Positions 18,571 through 28,062 of a DNA stretch of 64,000 nt are shown piece by piece; within the stretch, counting starts at the first letter, position 1; each line of letters begins with the position of its first letter. This DNA is from an uncultured Chloroflexia bacterium (lineage in GTDB: Bacteria; Chloroflexota; Limnocylindria; Limnocylindrales; CSP1-4). The position numbers were made by a program, and so were the translations under genes. The notes under the pieces are model-generated. The model did not search any database. It saw only the letters and a program-made list of their open reading frames with translations, and was not told the DNA's origin. The stretch covers positions 53,028 to 117,027 of the forward strand of contig CAVWLQ010000002.1 of the NCBI GenBank assembly GCA_963755995.1. Direction: 5' to 3'.

Positions 18571-20719
18571 CTAGCGGCCGCGGACCCGTGGCAGGGGCGG
18601 CATGCCTTGCCGGCCCTCGACCAGGAAGTGCCGGAACCAGTCCTCCGCGACCCGCAGGTTCTCGACCCGCCGGTACGGCGTCCCCGAGCGAGTCAGCTCG
18701 TGGTTCTCGTCCGGGACGCGCAGCAGCCGCACCGGCCGGCGGAGCGAGCGCAGGACCGTGAACAGCGCCTCGGCCTGGGCGATGGTCGTGCGGATGTCGC
18801 GCTCCGAGTGCTGGATGAGCAGCGGGGTCCGGATCCGGTCGGCGTAGGCGATCGGCGAGATCTCCCGGAAGTAGGCGGGGTCCTCCCACGGCGTCGGTGT
18901 CGAACTCGAGCCGCGCCCAGTCGCCCCCGGAGATGTCGCCGGTGGTGAACAGGACGCTCATGTCCGCCACGGACCGGCACGTCATCGCCGCGCGGAAGCG
19001 GTCGTCGTGTCCGACGATCCAGTTGGTCAGGTAGCCGCCGTAGGAGCCGCCGGTGAGACCGAGGCGCTCCGGATCGGCCAGGCCGTCCGCCACCAGCGCG
19101 TCGACGCCGGCGAGCACGTCGCGCATCGGGCCCGGCCCCCAGTCCCGGTGGTTGGCGTCGTTGAAGGCCTCGCCGTAGCCCTCCGAGCCGCGCGGGTTGC
19201 AGTAGTAGACGCCGATCCCGGCCGCGGCAAGGAGCTGGAACTCCCACGAGAGGGACCAGCCATAGAGCGTGTGCGGGCCGCCGTGGATCTCCACCACGAC
19301 CGGGCCGGGCGGGACGCCGGCCGGGAGGAACCAGCCCTGGATGTCACGCCCGTCGACCGTCGCGTGCCGCTCGATCGGCTCGCGGAGGGCGAGGTCAGCC
19401 AGCACGTCCTTGTTGAGGGACGTCAGGCGCCGCCCGACCGGGCCCTTGGACCGGCCGCTGTCGAGGGTCCACAGATCCGGCGGTGTCGTCGCCGTCGAGC
19501 GCAGGTAGGCGATCCGCGTCCCGCCCCGGCCGGGGGCGGCCACCGCGTGCCAGCCCGAGATGTAGTGACGGTCCTCGGTCAGCCGCTCAAGCCGGCCGTC
19601 GGCGACGGCGATCCGCCATAGCTCGTACGACCCGTCGACCGGGGCGCTGAGATAGAGCCAGCGGCCGCCCTTCGACACGATGAGCGGCGTGGTCTCGCCG
19701 CGGGTCACGTCGCTGCTCATCCCCGAGCCCGGCATCAGGTCGTGAGGGCCGGACAGGTTGCGGCCGCCGCTCGGGGTCGCGTCGGCGCCGTCCGGGTCGA
19801 ACAGCCACACGTCGTTGCGGCTCCCGGCGCCTCCTTCGAGCCGGTGCCCGAACGCGGCGATGGTCCGCCCGTCCGGCAGCCAGGCCGGCCCGTAGAAGCT
19901 GGATCGCGGCCCGCGCGTCACCGCCGTGACCGCGCGCGTCTCGACGTCGACGACGTGGATGTCCTGGTGGCCGCTGAACAGGTCGGGATCGCGCCGCCGG
20001 TTCGAGACGAAGGCGATCCGGCCCCCGTCCGGCGACCAGGCCGGCTCCCGGTCCGCGACCCGCCCGTTGGTCAGGCGGCTGGCCTCGCCGGTCGCGACGT
20101 CGACCAGCCAGAGGTGCGGCACCTTGTCGAACGTGAACCCGGCTCCGTTGAGCATGTAGTCGAGACGGTCGATGAACCGGTAGTCGGAGGGCGGCGGCGT
20201 GCCGGGCTCCGGGCGCCGCTCGATGCCGCGACGCCGATCGTCCTCGACGCGCGTCCCGCCGACGGACGCCGTCACGACCACGAGCCGGGTCCCGTCGGGC
20301 GACCATTCGAACGCGTCGACGCCTCGCGGCAGGTCGGTCAGGCGGCGCGCCTCACCGCCCTCGAGCGGCAGGAGGTGGACCTGGCTGGCGTCCTCGCGGT
20401 CCTTCCCTTGGTGATCCGTCGCCTCGCGGGCGCGACCGTCCGAATGCTCCTCGACGTGCGCGCGCCGGTCGGAGATGAAGGCGAGCGTCCGGCCGTCCGG
20501 CGAGAACCGCGGATGTCGGTCGTGGCGGATACCCAGGGTCACCTGCCGCGCCGAGCCGGAGCCGTCCGTGGCGACCAGCCAGATCGCCGTTCGGTAGCCG
20601 TCAAAGCCGGGGGAGACCGTCTGGACGGTCATCGCCGCGAGCGCACCGTCGGGCGACAGGCGGGGCTCGGTGGCGACGCGGATGCGGTACAGGTCGTCGG
20701 GGCGGGGCGCACGCGGCAC
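18571..20719 (-). CDS. S9 family peptidase (acylaminoacyl peptidase-like) with a +1 indel near 18897
   Basis: PD40/beta-propeller repeats (FSPDG, WSPDG), IHGGPH, GGSYGG nucleophile. The alternate frame supplies HSERD and ENHEL (Asp/His of the triad) and a TAG at 18573-18571; the span is 3n+1. Confidence 0.9.
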
Positions 20720-20776
20720 GGGCGATCCTCCAGCGAGCGGGACGCCCGAAGTCTAGCGGGCTACCATCGAACGACG

Positions 20777-21514
20777 ATGGCCGACCAGCTTTCGCTGCGC
20801 CTCGAAGCCGACCAGCTGCCCGAGCTCCCGGACCTCCGGCCGATGCTCCCGCGTCCGCTGCCGGCGCCATTCGATTCGGACGATCACCTGTTCGAGCCGT
20901 GGTGGGGCGGCCAGCGTGCACTCGTGTCGATCGGGCCGGCCGAGCTCGCGGGGGCGGGTGCGGTCATCGTCCGCGATGCCGACGGACGCGACCTGACCGC
21001 GGCCCTGCCGGAGCTGGCCGGGCTGGCAGTCCGGGTCGCTGCGCGGTCCGCCGTTCTCGATGGCGAGCTGGTCGTGGTCGACGCGGCCGGCCGTGCCGAC
21101 GCCCCGGAGCTCGGTCGACGCCTGGACGGCGGCGTGGGGCGGCCGGTGGCATTCCTCGCCTTCGACCTGCTCCACCTCGACGGCCGGTCGCTGCTGTCGC
21201 AGCCGCTGGTCCGCCGACGGGAGCTGCTCCGCAAGGTGCTCCGACCGGGCGACGAGGTGGTGGCCGTGCCGGCCATCGCGACGGAGGGCATCGCCCTGTA
21301 CGAGGCGGCCGTCGCGCAGGGGATCGCCGGCATCCTCGCCCGTCAGCGGACCAGTCCGTACCTGCCCGGCATCCGCAGCAGGCTCTGGCGCTACGTTGCG
21401 GCGGCGCCGGTCGCCGGCGGCCCGGCCGAACCCGAGGGCGAGCTCGAGGTGCCAGGCCCGGCCGCCGCACCGGTCCTGGCGCTGATCAGCCGGTTGCCGT
21501 TCGACGAGGTCTGA
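20777..21514 (+). CDS. ATP-dependent DNA ligase adenylation-domain homolog (LigC/LigD-like), catalytic motifs degenerate
   Basis: PMLP, VLDGELVV, AFDLLHLDG, SPYLPG.RS..W are present. Motif I reads EPWWGGQR instead of ExKxDGxR; no OB domain. Confidence 0.75.
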   Translation: MADQLSLRLEADQLPELPDLRPMLPRPLPAPFDSDDHLFEPWWGGQRALVSIGPAELAGAGAVIVRDADGRDLTAALPELAGLAVRVAARSAVLDGELVVVDAAGRADAPELGRRLDGGVGRPVAFLAFDLLHLDGRSLLSQPLVRRRELLRKVLRPGDEVVAVPAIATEGIALYEAAVAQGIAGILARQRTSPYLPGIRSRLWRYVAAAPVAGGPAEPEGELEVPGPAAAPVLALISRLPFDEV

Positions 21515-21602
21515 GGCCTGATCGCGGCGGGCTTCGGGTGCTCGATACCGTCGAGATAAGACTGCCGGGAATGGTCAGGGACGGTCGAGACCTGATCGGA
21601 CG

Positions 21603-22298
21603 TCAGTCCACAAGCGGCCGGAGGAGCCCTGCCAGCACCAGGGCCGAGACGATCGGGTAGCCGATGAACACACCGAAGAACCCGAGCACGCGAACCGTGT
21701 CGCCCAGGGCGGGTCGATCCAACAGCCACCCGTGTGCGCGACCGGCGACCTCGACCCAGGACCCCCACCAGATGGCGACGAGGCTCGTCAGCGCGACCGT
21801 GGCGACAAGACCCGCCACCAGGCCGCCGGGTTGCGTGACCGACAGCACGACGATCGCCGCGATCGAGGCGGCAACGACCAGCCCCTGCCACCCCCTGACC
21901 AGCGGGCGCCGCGGCGGCGCACCCGATCGGTACAGGCCGCCGAGCCATGTCTCGTACGAGCCGATCGGTGCTGGCGCAGTGAGGCGAGCCTCCGCGATCG
22001 TTCGCCCATCGAGCAGCGAACGGCCGTCGACGAAGGCATCCGTCTGCATGACTGGCCAGTGCCGGATGAGTGCCACGACCGCCGGCCTGCCATCGATCGT
22101 GACCGACGTCTCGCGCCATGGATGCTGCTGACTGGGCTTCCGCAGCCGGCCGACCGCCGCTCCATCGAGCTCGATCCGGACGGAATTCCGGATGACAGCC
22201 GGGAGCAGGTCGAGGTCGTGATCCCGCCCGCCGGAGGCGATCGTCCAGTGGAGCCGCTCCCTGGCCGTTGCAGTCCCGAGGTCGGGCTCGCGACTCAC
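21603..22298 (-). CDS. Hypothetical membrane protein (3 C-terminal TM helices)
   Basis: Open frame downstream of the ABC permease; hydrophobic C-terminus; no recognised family. Confidence 0.5.
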   Translation of the reverse strand: MSREPDLGTATARERLHWTIASGGRDHDLDLLPAVIRNSVRIELDGAAVGRLRKPSQQHPWRETSVTIDGRPAVVALIRHWPVMQTDAFVDGRSLLDGRTIAEARLTAPAPIGSYETWLGGLYRSGAPPRRPLVRGWQGLVVAASIAAIVVLSVTQPGGLVAGLVATVALTSLVAIWWGSWVEVAGRAHGWLLDRPALGDTVRVLGFFGVFIGYPIVSALVLAGLLRPLVD

Positions 22299-22317
22299 CG
22301 GAGCCGGAACTGCTCCG

Positions 22318-23637
22318 TCACGCGCGCCGCGCCGCCGAGACGAAGGCGCGCAGCCCGGGCCGCTGGCCGTAGAGCAGGACGCCCGCCGCGTACATCCGGG
22401 TCGCGACGACCGCGATGACCGCGATGGCCGCCAGCAGCAGCCCGATCGACAGCAGAAGCTCCCACGGCTGCACGGCCGAGACCATCAGCCGCGCGAGCAT
22501 GACGAACGGGCTGAACGGGGGCACGAACGAAGCGAGCGTCAGGAACGTCCCGCCCCCGCCGCCCAGCACGAGCACCGCGACGAGGTAGCCGGTCATCGCC
22601 ACCAGGCTCAGCGGCAGGGACAGTGTCTGGAGGTCGTCGGGACGGCTGACGAACGAGCCCATCGCGGCGTAGATCAGGGCGAACAGCGTGAACCCGAGCA
22701 GGAAGAAGATCCCGTAGCCCAGCAGCAGCTGGGGCGTCAGACCGCCGAGAGGCGCCCCGGCCACCCAGTCGGGGCCGAGCACGGCCGTCGCGATCTGGTC
22801 CTGGAGGGCGAGCAGCAGGAGCGCCGGGATGGCGATCGCGATGTACTGGGTCAGCCCGGCCGCGCCGATCCCGACGACCTTGCCCGTCAGCATCTGGCGC
22901 GGGGACGCGGCGCTGATCATCAGCTCCATCACGCGGCTGCTCTTCTCGGCGGCGACCCCGGTCGCGACCCACATGCCGTAGATGACGATCGAGATCAGGA
23001 GCAGGATGACGAACACGAGGCCGAGCAGATGGCGGCTGGCGGCCTGGCGCGCATCGAGCGCGACGCCCGCGTCGGTCGCGATGGTGAGCGACTGCACCTG
23101 GTAGGACGGCGGATGGAACTCCGGGCGCGACGCGTCCGGTGGCAGCCGGGCGCTCCAATCGAGGACGCCGATGCCGAAGGCCGCAACGCTCAGGATCTGG
23201 CTGCGCGGGCTGTTCGGTCCCTCGGTCGTCCGCAGAAGCACGTCCACCTGGCCGTTCGCCAGCCGCTGGACGAGCATGATCCCGACGATCGACCCGTTCT
23301 CGAGGGCGGCTTTGGCGGTCGCGGCATCGTCGGCGACCTCGATCGCGAACGGCTTCTTCCATGTCGCGGCGTCCGCGCCGGGCGGGGGGACGTTGAGAAG
23401 CGAGTCGGCCATCGACACCGTGCGGCTGGCGAGGTCCGCGTCGGTGGCCACGACCGCGATCCGGGTGACCGTCTGGCGATCGAGATAGCGGACGGCGATC
23501 GGCGCGATCGCCACCAGCATGGCCAGCAGCGCGAGGACGATCGTCGAACCGATGTACAGCCGGCTGCGGGTCCGGTCGCGATATTCGCGGCGCGCGACGA
23601 TCCCGGCGTTCGGCAGCAGCGGGTCGCGATCCGCCAT
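22318..23637 (-). CDS. ABC-2 type exporter permease (NatB/YhaP-like)
   Basis: IVARREY start, GVAAEKSSRVMELMIS, GKVVG, SFVPPFSPFVMLARL. Confidence 0.92.
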   Translation of the reverse strand: MADRDPLLPNAGIVARREYRDRTRSRLYIGSTIVLALLAMLVAIAPIAVRYLDRQTVTRIAVVATDADLASRTVSMADSLLNVPPPGADAATWKKPFAIEVADDAATAKAALENGSIVGIMLVQRLANGQVDVLLRTTEGPNSPRSQILSVAAFGIGVLDWSARLPPDASRPEFHPPSYQVQSLTIATDAGVALDARQAASRHLLGLVFVILLLISIVIYGMWVATGVAAEKSSRVMELMISAASPRQMLTGKVVGIGAAGLTQYIAIAIPALLLLALQDQIATAVLGPDWVAGAPLGGLTPQLLLGYGIFFLLGFTLFALIYAAMGSFVSRPDDLQTLSLPLSLVAMTGYLVAVLVLGGGGGTFLTLASFVPPFSPFVMLARLMVSAVQPWELLLSIGLLLAAIAVIAVVATRMYAAGVLLYGQRPGLRAFVSAARRA

Positions 23638-24605
23638 CAGGCGATGCCGCCGGCGGGGACGGTCGGGACCGCCAGCCCGGGCTCGACCGTCGTCGCATCA
23701 TCCGACGGGCGGCCGACGTGCTCGATGAACAGCGCCTCCAGGCTCGGCTCCGCCAGGTCGAACCGGGTCACCAGCGCGCCGTGGGCCAGGATCGCGGCCA
23801 GGATCGCCGGCGGATCGGCGCTGGGCAGCAGCTCGAGCTCGGCCCCATCGGGGCCCTTGCGGACGCCCGCGACGCCGGTCAGGCCCGCGAGCCACGGTGG
23901 CAGCGGGTCGCCTTCGAGGGTCAGCCGGACCGTCCGGTGCCCGCTGGCGCGCTTGAGATCGCGCAGCTTGCCGCCGGCCACGAGGCGTCCGTGGTCGACG
24001 ATCGCGACCGATTCGCACAGAGCCTCGGCGGCCTCCATCTGGTGGGTGGAGAAGACGAGGGTCCGGCCACGGTCGCGCAGCTCCATGAACGCCTCGCGCA
24101 GGAGGACGAGGTTGAGCGGGTCGAGCCCGGTGAAGGGCTCGTCCATGAGCAGCACCTCCGGGTCGTGGAGGACCGCGGCGATGAACTGGACCTTCTGCTG
24201 GTTGCCCTTGGACAGCTCCTCGGCCCGGCGTCCCGCGTATTCGGGGATCCGGAAACGCGCCAGCCAGGCGGTCGCCTCGCGCCGGGCGCGCTCGGCCGGC
24301 ATCCCGTACAGCGACCCGAAGTAGACGAGCTGATCCAGGACGCCCATCCGCGGATGGAGCCCGCGCTCCTCGGGCAGGTAGCCCCAGGTCCGACGGGCCA
24401 GCCCCGAGGTCGGCCGGCCATCCCAGCGGATCTCGCCCGCATCGGCCCGGACGATCCCGAGGCAGATCCGCATGGTCGTGGTCTTGCCGGCGCCGTTGGC
24501 CCCGAGGAAGCCGAAGACCTCGCCCCGGCCGACGTCGAACGTCAATCGATCGAGCGCGGTCGTGCTGCCGAACCGCTTGGTGACGTGGTCGATCTCGAGG
24601 CTCAC
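23637..24605 (-). CDS. ABC transporter ATP-binding protein (NatA/YhaQ-like)
   Basis: GANGAGKTT, LSKGNQQ, LMDEPFTGLDP, STH; GTG start 7 nt after TATCCT. Confidence 0.93.
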   Translation of the reverse strand: MSLEIDHVTKRFGSTTALDRLTFDVGRGEVFGFLGANGAGKTTTMRICLGIVRADAGEIRWDGRPTSGLARRTWGYLPEERGLHPRMGVLDQLVYFGSLYGMPAERARREATAWLARFRIPEYAGRRAEELSKGNQQKVQFIAAVLHDPEVLLMDEPFTGLDPLNLVLLREAFMELRDRGRTLVFSTHQMEAAEALCESVAIVDHGRLVAGGKLRDLKRASGHRTVRLTLEGDPLPPWLAGLTGVAGVRKGPDGAELELLPSADPPAILAAILAHGALVTRFDLAEPSLEALFIEHVGRPSDDATTVEPGLAVPTVPAGGIA

Positions 24606-24708
24606 GACGCCGAGGATAGCGGCGTTTCCGCGCAGCCACGTCCGGCCAGTGGTCCTGGGCCGTCGAGCAACCACGCTCGTCCGAGGGCGAGGGGGTACGA
24701 TCGGTCGC

Positions 24709-25095
24709 ATGAACCGCACGACCCCGGTCACGATCCACGCGAACCGGGCTGCCGGTCGCCTCGAGATCGGCTGGGACGACGGCCACGCCACCGTGTACGA
24801 CACGACCACGCTGCGCTGGCTGTGCCCCTGCGCGTTCTGTCGCGGCGAGGCGGGCCTGCCGGGCTGGCTGGACAGCGGCCCGACCCTGACCGAGGAGCAG
24901 ACCCGCCTGACCGACATCTCGATGGTCGGCGGCTACGCGATCGCCCCGACCTGGGCGGATGGCCACCACACCGGCTACTACACGTTCACGATGCTTCGCG
25001 ACCGCTGCCCGTGCGAGTCCTGCGCGGCCATCCGGCGGCTCGGGGCGCCCACCGTCGGATCCGCCGTCGCGGATCGCCATGAGGAGCACGCATGA
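24709..25095 (+). CDS. DUF971 / GBBH-like N-terminal domain protein
   Basis: W.DGH...LR..CPCAFC, VGGYAI..WADGH.TGYY..LR..CPCESC; TACGAT 6 nt upstream. Confidence 0.85.
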   Translation: MNRTTPVTIHANRAAGRLEIGWDDGHATVYDTTTLRWLCPCAFCRGEAGLPGWLDSGPTLTEEQTRLTDISMVGGYAIAPTWADGHHTGYYTFTMLRDRCPCESCAAIRRLGAPTVGSAVADRHEEHA

Positions 25096-25448
25096 TCGTC
25101 GTCACGACCCCCTACCTCGCCGGCAACCGCATCGTCGAGAGCAAAGGCATGGTCTTCGGGCTCGTGGTGCGCAGCCGTGGGCTGGGCGGCAACCTGATGG
25201 CCAGCATCCGCTCGCTCGGCGGTGGCGAGATCCACGAGTACACCAGCCTGCTCGAGGACACCCGCCGGCAGGCGCTCGACCGGCTCGTCCAGAACGCGAC
25301 GCTGCTCGGTGCGAACGCGGTGCTCTCGATGCGCTTCGACAGCTCGGAGCTGTCCGGCACGATGAGCGAGATCGTCGCCTACGGCACCGCGGTCATCGTC
25401 GCCCCCGACCCGGGGGGCACGGGCGGCCCGACCACTCCCGTCGAATGA
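25092..25448 (+). CDS. YbjQ / UPF0145 family protein
   Basis: GGEI.EYT.LL..R..AL.RL...A...GANAV..MRFD and EIVAYGTAV. Confidence 0.92.
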   Translation: MIVVTTPYLAGNRIVESKGMVFGLVVRSRGLGGNLMASIRSLGGGEIHEYTSLLEDTRRQALDRLVQNATLLGANAVLSMRFDSSELSGTMSEIVAYGTAVIVAPDPGGTGGPTTPVE

Positions 25449-25807
25449 CCGCCGGCCTGGGGGTCGCCCGCGTCATCGTCCTCCTGTTCGGCGTGACCAT
25501 GATGCTGGCCGGCCTGGCCACCATCGCCTTCGGCGGCGCGGCCGCCTTCATCACCGGGCTGTGGATCCTCGGCATCGGCATCGCCTGCATCGTCGGCACC
25601 CTGATCGAGCGCGTGCGCTATCGCTCGGACGCCACCGACCGGGACGGGCTGCCGACCGGGAGGGCGGGCGGCGAGCCGCCGGGGACCCGCCTCGAACCCC
25701 GCTTCCGGCGGAGCGACGAGGTCTTCGTCGACCCGACGTCGGGCCACCGGATGCGGGTCTGGCTGGACCCGGCGAATGGCGAACGGCGGTACCTGACCGA
25801 GGATTGA
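25445..25807 (+). CDS. Small membrane protein, hypothetical
   Basis: Two TM helices, ERVRY, C-terminal F..SDEVFVDP.SG..MRVWLDP..GERRY; ATGA overlap. Confidence 0.7.
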   Translation: MTAGLGVARVIVLLFGVTMMLAGLATIAFGGAAAFITGLWILGIGIACIVGTLIERVRYRSDATDRDGLPTGRAGGEPPGTRLEPRFRRSDEVFVDPTSGHRMRVWLDPANGERRYLTED

Positions 25808-25884
25808 GCACGAGGGGCGTGCTATCCTCGCCGGCCGGGCCAGACACGCGTGTCGGCCCCGTTGCGGAGGCCCAGCACCCCCCG

Positions 25885-28062
25885 ATGGCCGCGATCGATC
25901 CCGGCGCACCCGCCCGCCCTGCCGTCGCGCCACGACCCCGTCGCGCCAGCCGCCCGAAGGTCACCTTCCCGTACCTGAACCGCGAGCTGTCCTGGCTCGA
26001 GTTCAATGCCCGCGTCCTGCACGAGGCGCGCGACGAGCGCAACCCGCTGCTCGAACGGGTGAAGTTCCTGGCCATCTTCGCGGGCAACCTCGACGAGTTC
26101 TTCCAGGTGCGGGTCGCCGGCCTGCGCCAGCAGGTGGAGGCGCGCAAGGTCGCCCGCTCGCCGGACGGCCGGACCGCAGACGAGCAGCTGGCGGCGGTGC
26201 GCGAGCGCGTGCTCGGGCTCGTGGCCGACCATTCGGCGATCTTCCTGTCGGTTCGCCGGACTCTGGCCGCCGAGGGCGTGGAGCTGCTCGACTACGCCAG
26301 CATCCCGGAGCATCACGAGGCGCTCCGCCGGCGGTTCCTCGACGAGATCTTCCCCGTCCTGACGCCGCTCGCCGTCGATCCCGGCCATCCGTTCCCGTAC
26401 ATCTCGACCCTCAGCCTCTCGATCGCCGTCGGGCTGCGCGACCCGGAGACCGGCGAGCGCGGCTTCGCCCGGGTCAAGGTCCCGCAGATCCTGCCCCGTC
26501 TGCTCGAGGTCGAGCCGTCCCGCTTCGTCCTGCTCGACCAGGTCATCGAGGCCAACCTCGACGCGCTGTTCAGCGGCATGGAGGTCGAGGAGCACCACCT
26601 CTTCCGGGTCACCCGCAACGCCGACTTCGAGATCGAGGAGGACGAGGCGGACGACCTCCTCCTGGCGATCGAGGAGGAGCTTCGGCGGCGGCGCTTCGGC
26701 GCCGCGGTCCGGCTCGAGGTCGAGCGGTCGATGCCGGCCGCCACCCGAGCCCTGTTGCTGCGCGGCCTGGGGCTCGGCGAGGCCGACTGCTACGAGGTCA
26801 GCGGGATGCTCGACCTGACCGGGCTGTGGGCGATCGCCGACCTCGACCGGCCCGACCTCAAGCCCGTGCCGTGGTCGCCGGTCACCCCGCCCCGGCTGAT
26901 CCCGCCCGACGAGGACGAGCCGGCCGACGTCTTCGCGGCGATCCGGGCGGGCGACATCCTCGTCCACCATCCGTACGAGTCGTTCGCCGCGTCGACCGAG
27001 CGGTTCATCACCCAGGCCGCCAACGATCCCGACGTCCTGACCATCAAGCAGACGCTCTACCGCACCTCGGGCGACTCGCCCATCGTCCAGTCGCTGATCA
27101 GGGCCGCCGAGCGCGGCAAGCAGGTCGTCGTCCTGGTCGAGATCAAGGCCCGCTTCGACGAGGAGGCCAACATCGTCTGGGCGCGCAAGCTGGAGCGTGC
27201 CGGCGCACACGTCGTGTACGGGCTGGTCGGCCTCAAGACGCACTCGAAGACGGCCCTCGTCGTCCGACGCGAGGGGTCCGGCCTGCGGCGCTACGTCCAC
27301 ATCGGGACCGGCAACTACAACCCGAAGACGGCGCGCCTGTACGTGGACCTCGGCCTGCTGACCTGCCGGCCCGAGATCGGCGCGGACGTGACCGACCTGT
27401 TCAACAACCTGACCGGGCTCTCGCGTCAGCGGACGTTCCGCCGGCTGCTCGTCGCGCCGCACAGCCTGCGTCCGCGGTTCCTCGACCTGGTCGATCGCGA
27501 GGTCGGCCATGCGGCGTCCGGACGGCCGGCCCGGATCGTCCTCAAGCTCAACGCGATCGTCGACGTGGCCGTCATCGAGGCGCTGTATCGGGCGTCGAAC
27601 GCGGGCGTCTCGATCGACCTGATCATCCGGGGCGCCTGCTCGATCCAGCCCGGTCTGCCCGGCGTGTCCGAGAACATCCGGGTCCGCTCCATCATCGGCG
27701 AGTTCCTCGAGCATTCGCGGATCTGGAGCTTCGACAACGGCGGCGAGCGCGAGTGGTACATCGGCTCCGCGGACCTGATGGATCGCAACCTGGACCGGCG
27801 GGTGGAGGCGGTCGCCCCCGTCGAGGATTTCGACGCCCAGGTGCGGCTGGCCCAGATCATCGACGTGATGCTCGCCGACGACCGGCGCTCATGGCAGCTC
27901 AAGCCGGATGCCACCTGGGTCCGGACGGAGACCCTCGAGGGACGCGAGGGCACGATCGACACCTTCGAGGTGCTCAAGGAGGATGCATTGGCCAACGGCA
28001 GCGTCGTGACGACCCCCCACCGACCGGCCGCCGGCGCCGGCTCGCTGGACCCGCGCGCGTGA
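25885..28062 (+). CDS. ppk1: Polyphosphate kinase 1
   Basis: NRELSWLEFNARV, NLDEFFQVRVAGL, HHPYESF (phospho-His), KQTLYRTS, KARFDEE, GTGNYN, FLEHSRI, SADLMDRNLDRRVE. Confidence 0.97.
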   Translation: MAAIDPGAPARPAVAPRPRRASRPKVTFPYLNRELSWLEFNARVLHEARDERNPLLERVKFLAIFAGNLDEFFQVRVAGLRQQVEARKVARSPDGRTADEQLAAVRERVLGLVADHSAIFLSVRRTLAAEGVELLDYASIPEHHEALRRRFLDEIFPVLTPLAVDPGHPFPYISTLSLSIAVGLRDPETGERGFARVKVPQILPRLLEVEPSRFVLLDQVIEANLDALFSGMEVEEHHLFRVTRNADFEIEEDEADDLLLAIEEELRRRRFGAAVRLEVERSMPAATRALLLRGLGLGEADCYEVSGMLDLTGLWAIADLDRPDLKPVPWSPVTPPRLIPPDEDEPADVFAAIRAGDILVHHPYESFAASTERFITQAANDPDVLTIKQTLYRTSGDSPIVQSLIRAAERGKQVVVLVEIKARFDEEANIVWARKLERAGAHVVYGLVGLKTHSKTALVVRREGSGLRRYVHIGTGNYNPKTARLYVDLGLLTCRPEIGADVTDLFNNLTGLSRQRTFRRLLVAPHSLRPRFLDLVDREVGHAASGRPARIVLKLNAIVDVAVIEALYRASNAGVSIDLIIRGACSIQPGLPGVSENIRVRSIIGEFLEHSRIWSFDNGGEREWYIGSADLMDRNLDRRVEAVAPVEDFDAQVRLAQIIDVMLADDRRSWQLKPDATWVRTETLEGREGTIDTFEVLKEDALANGSVVTTPHRPAAGAGSLDPRA

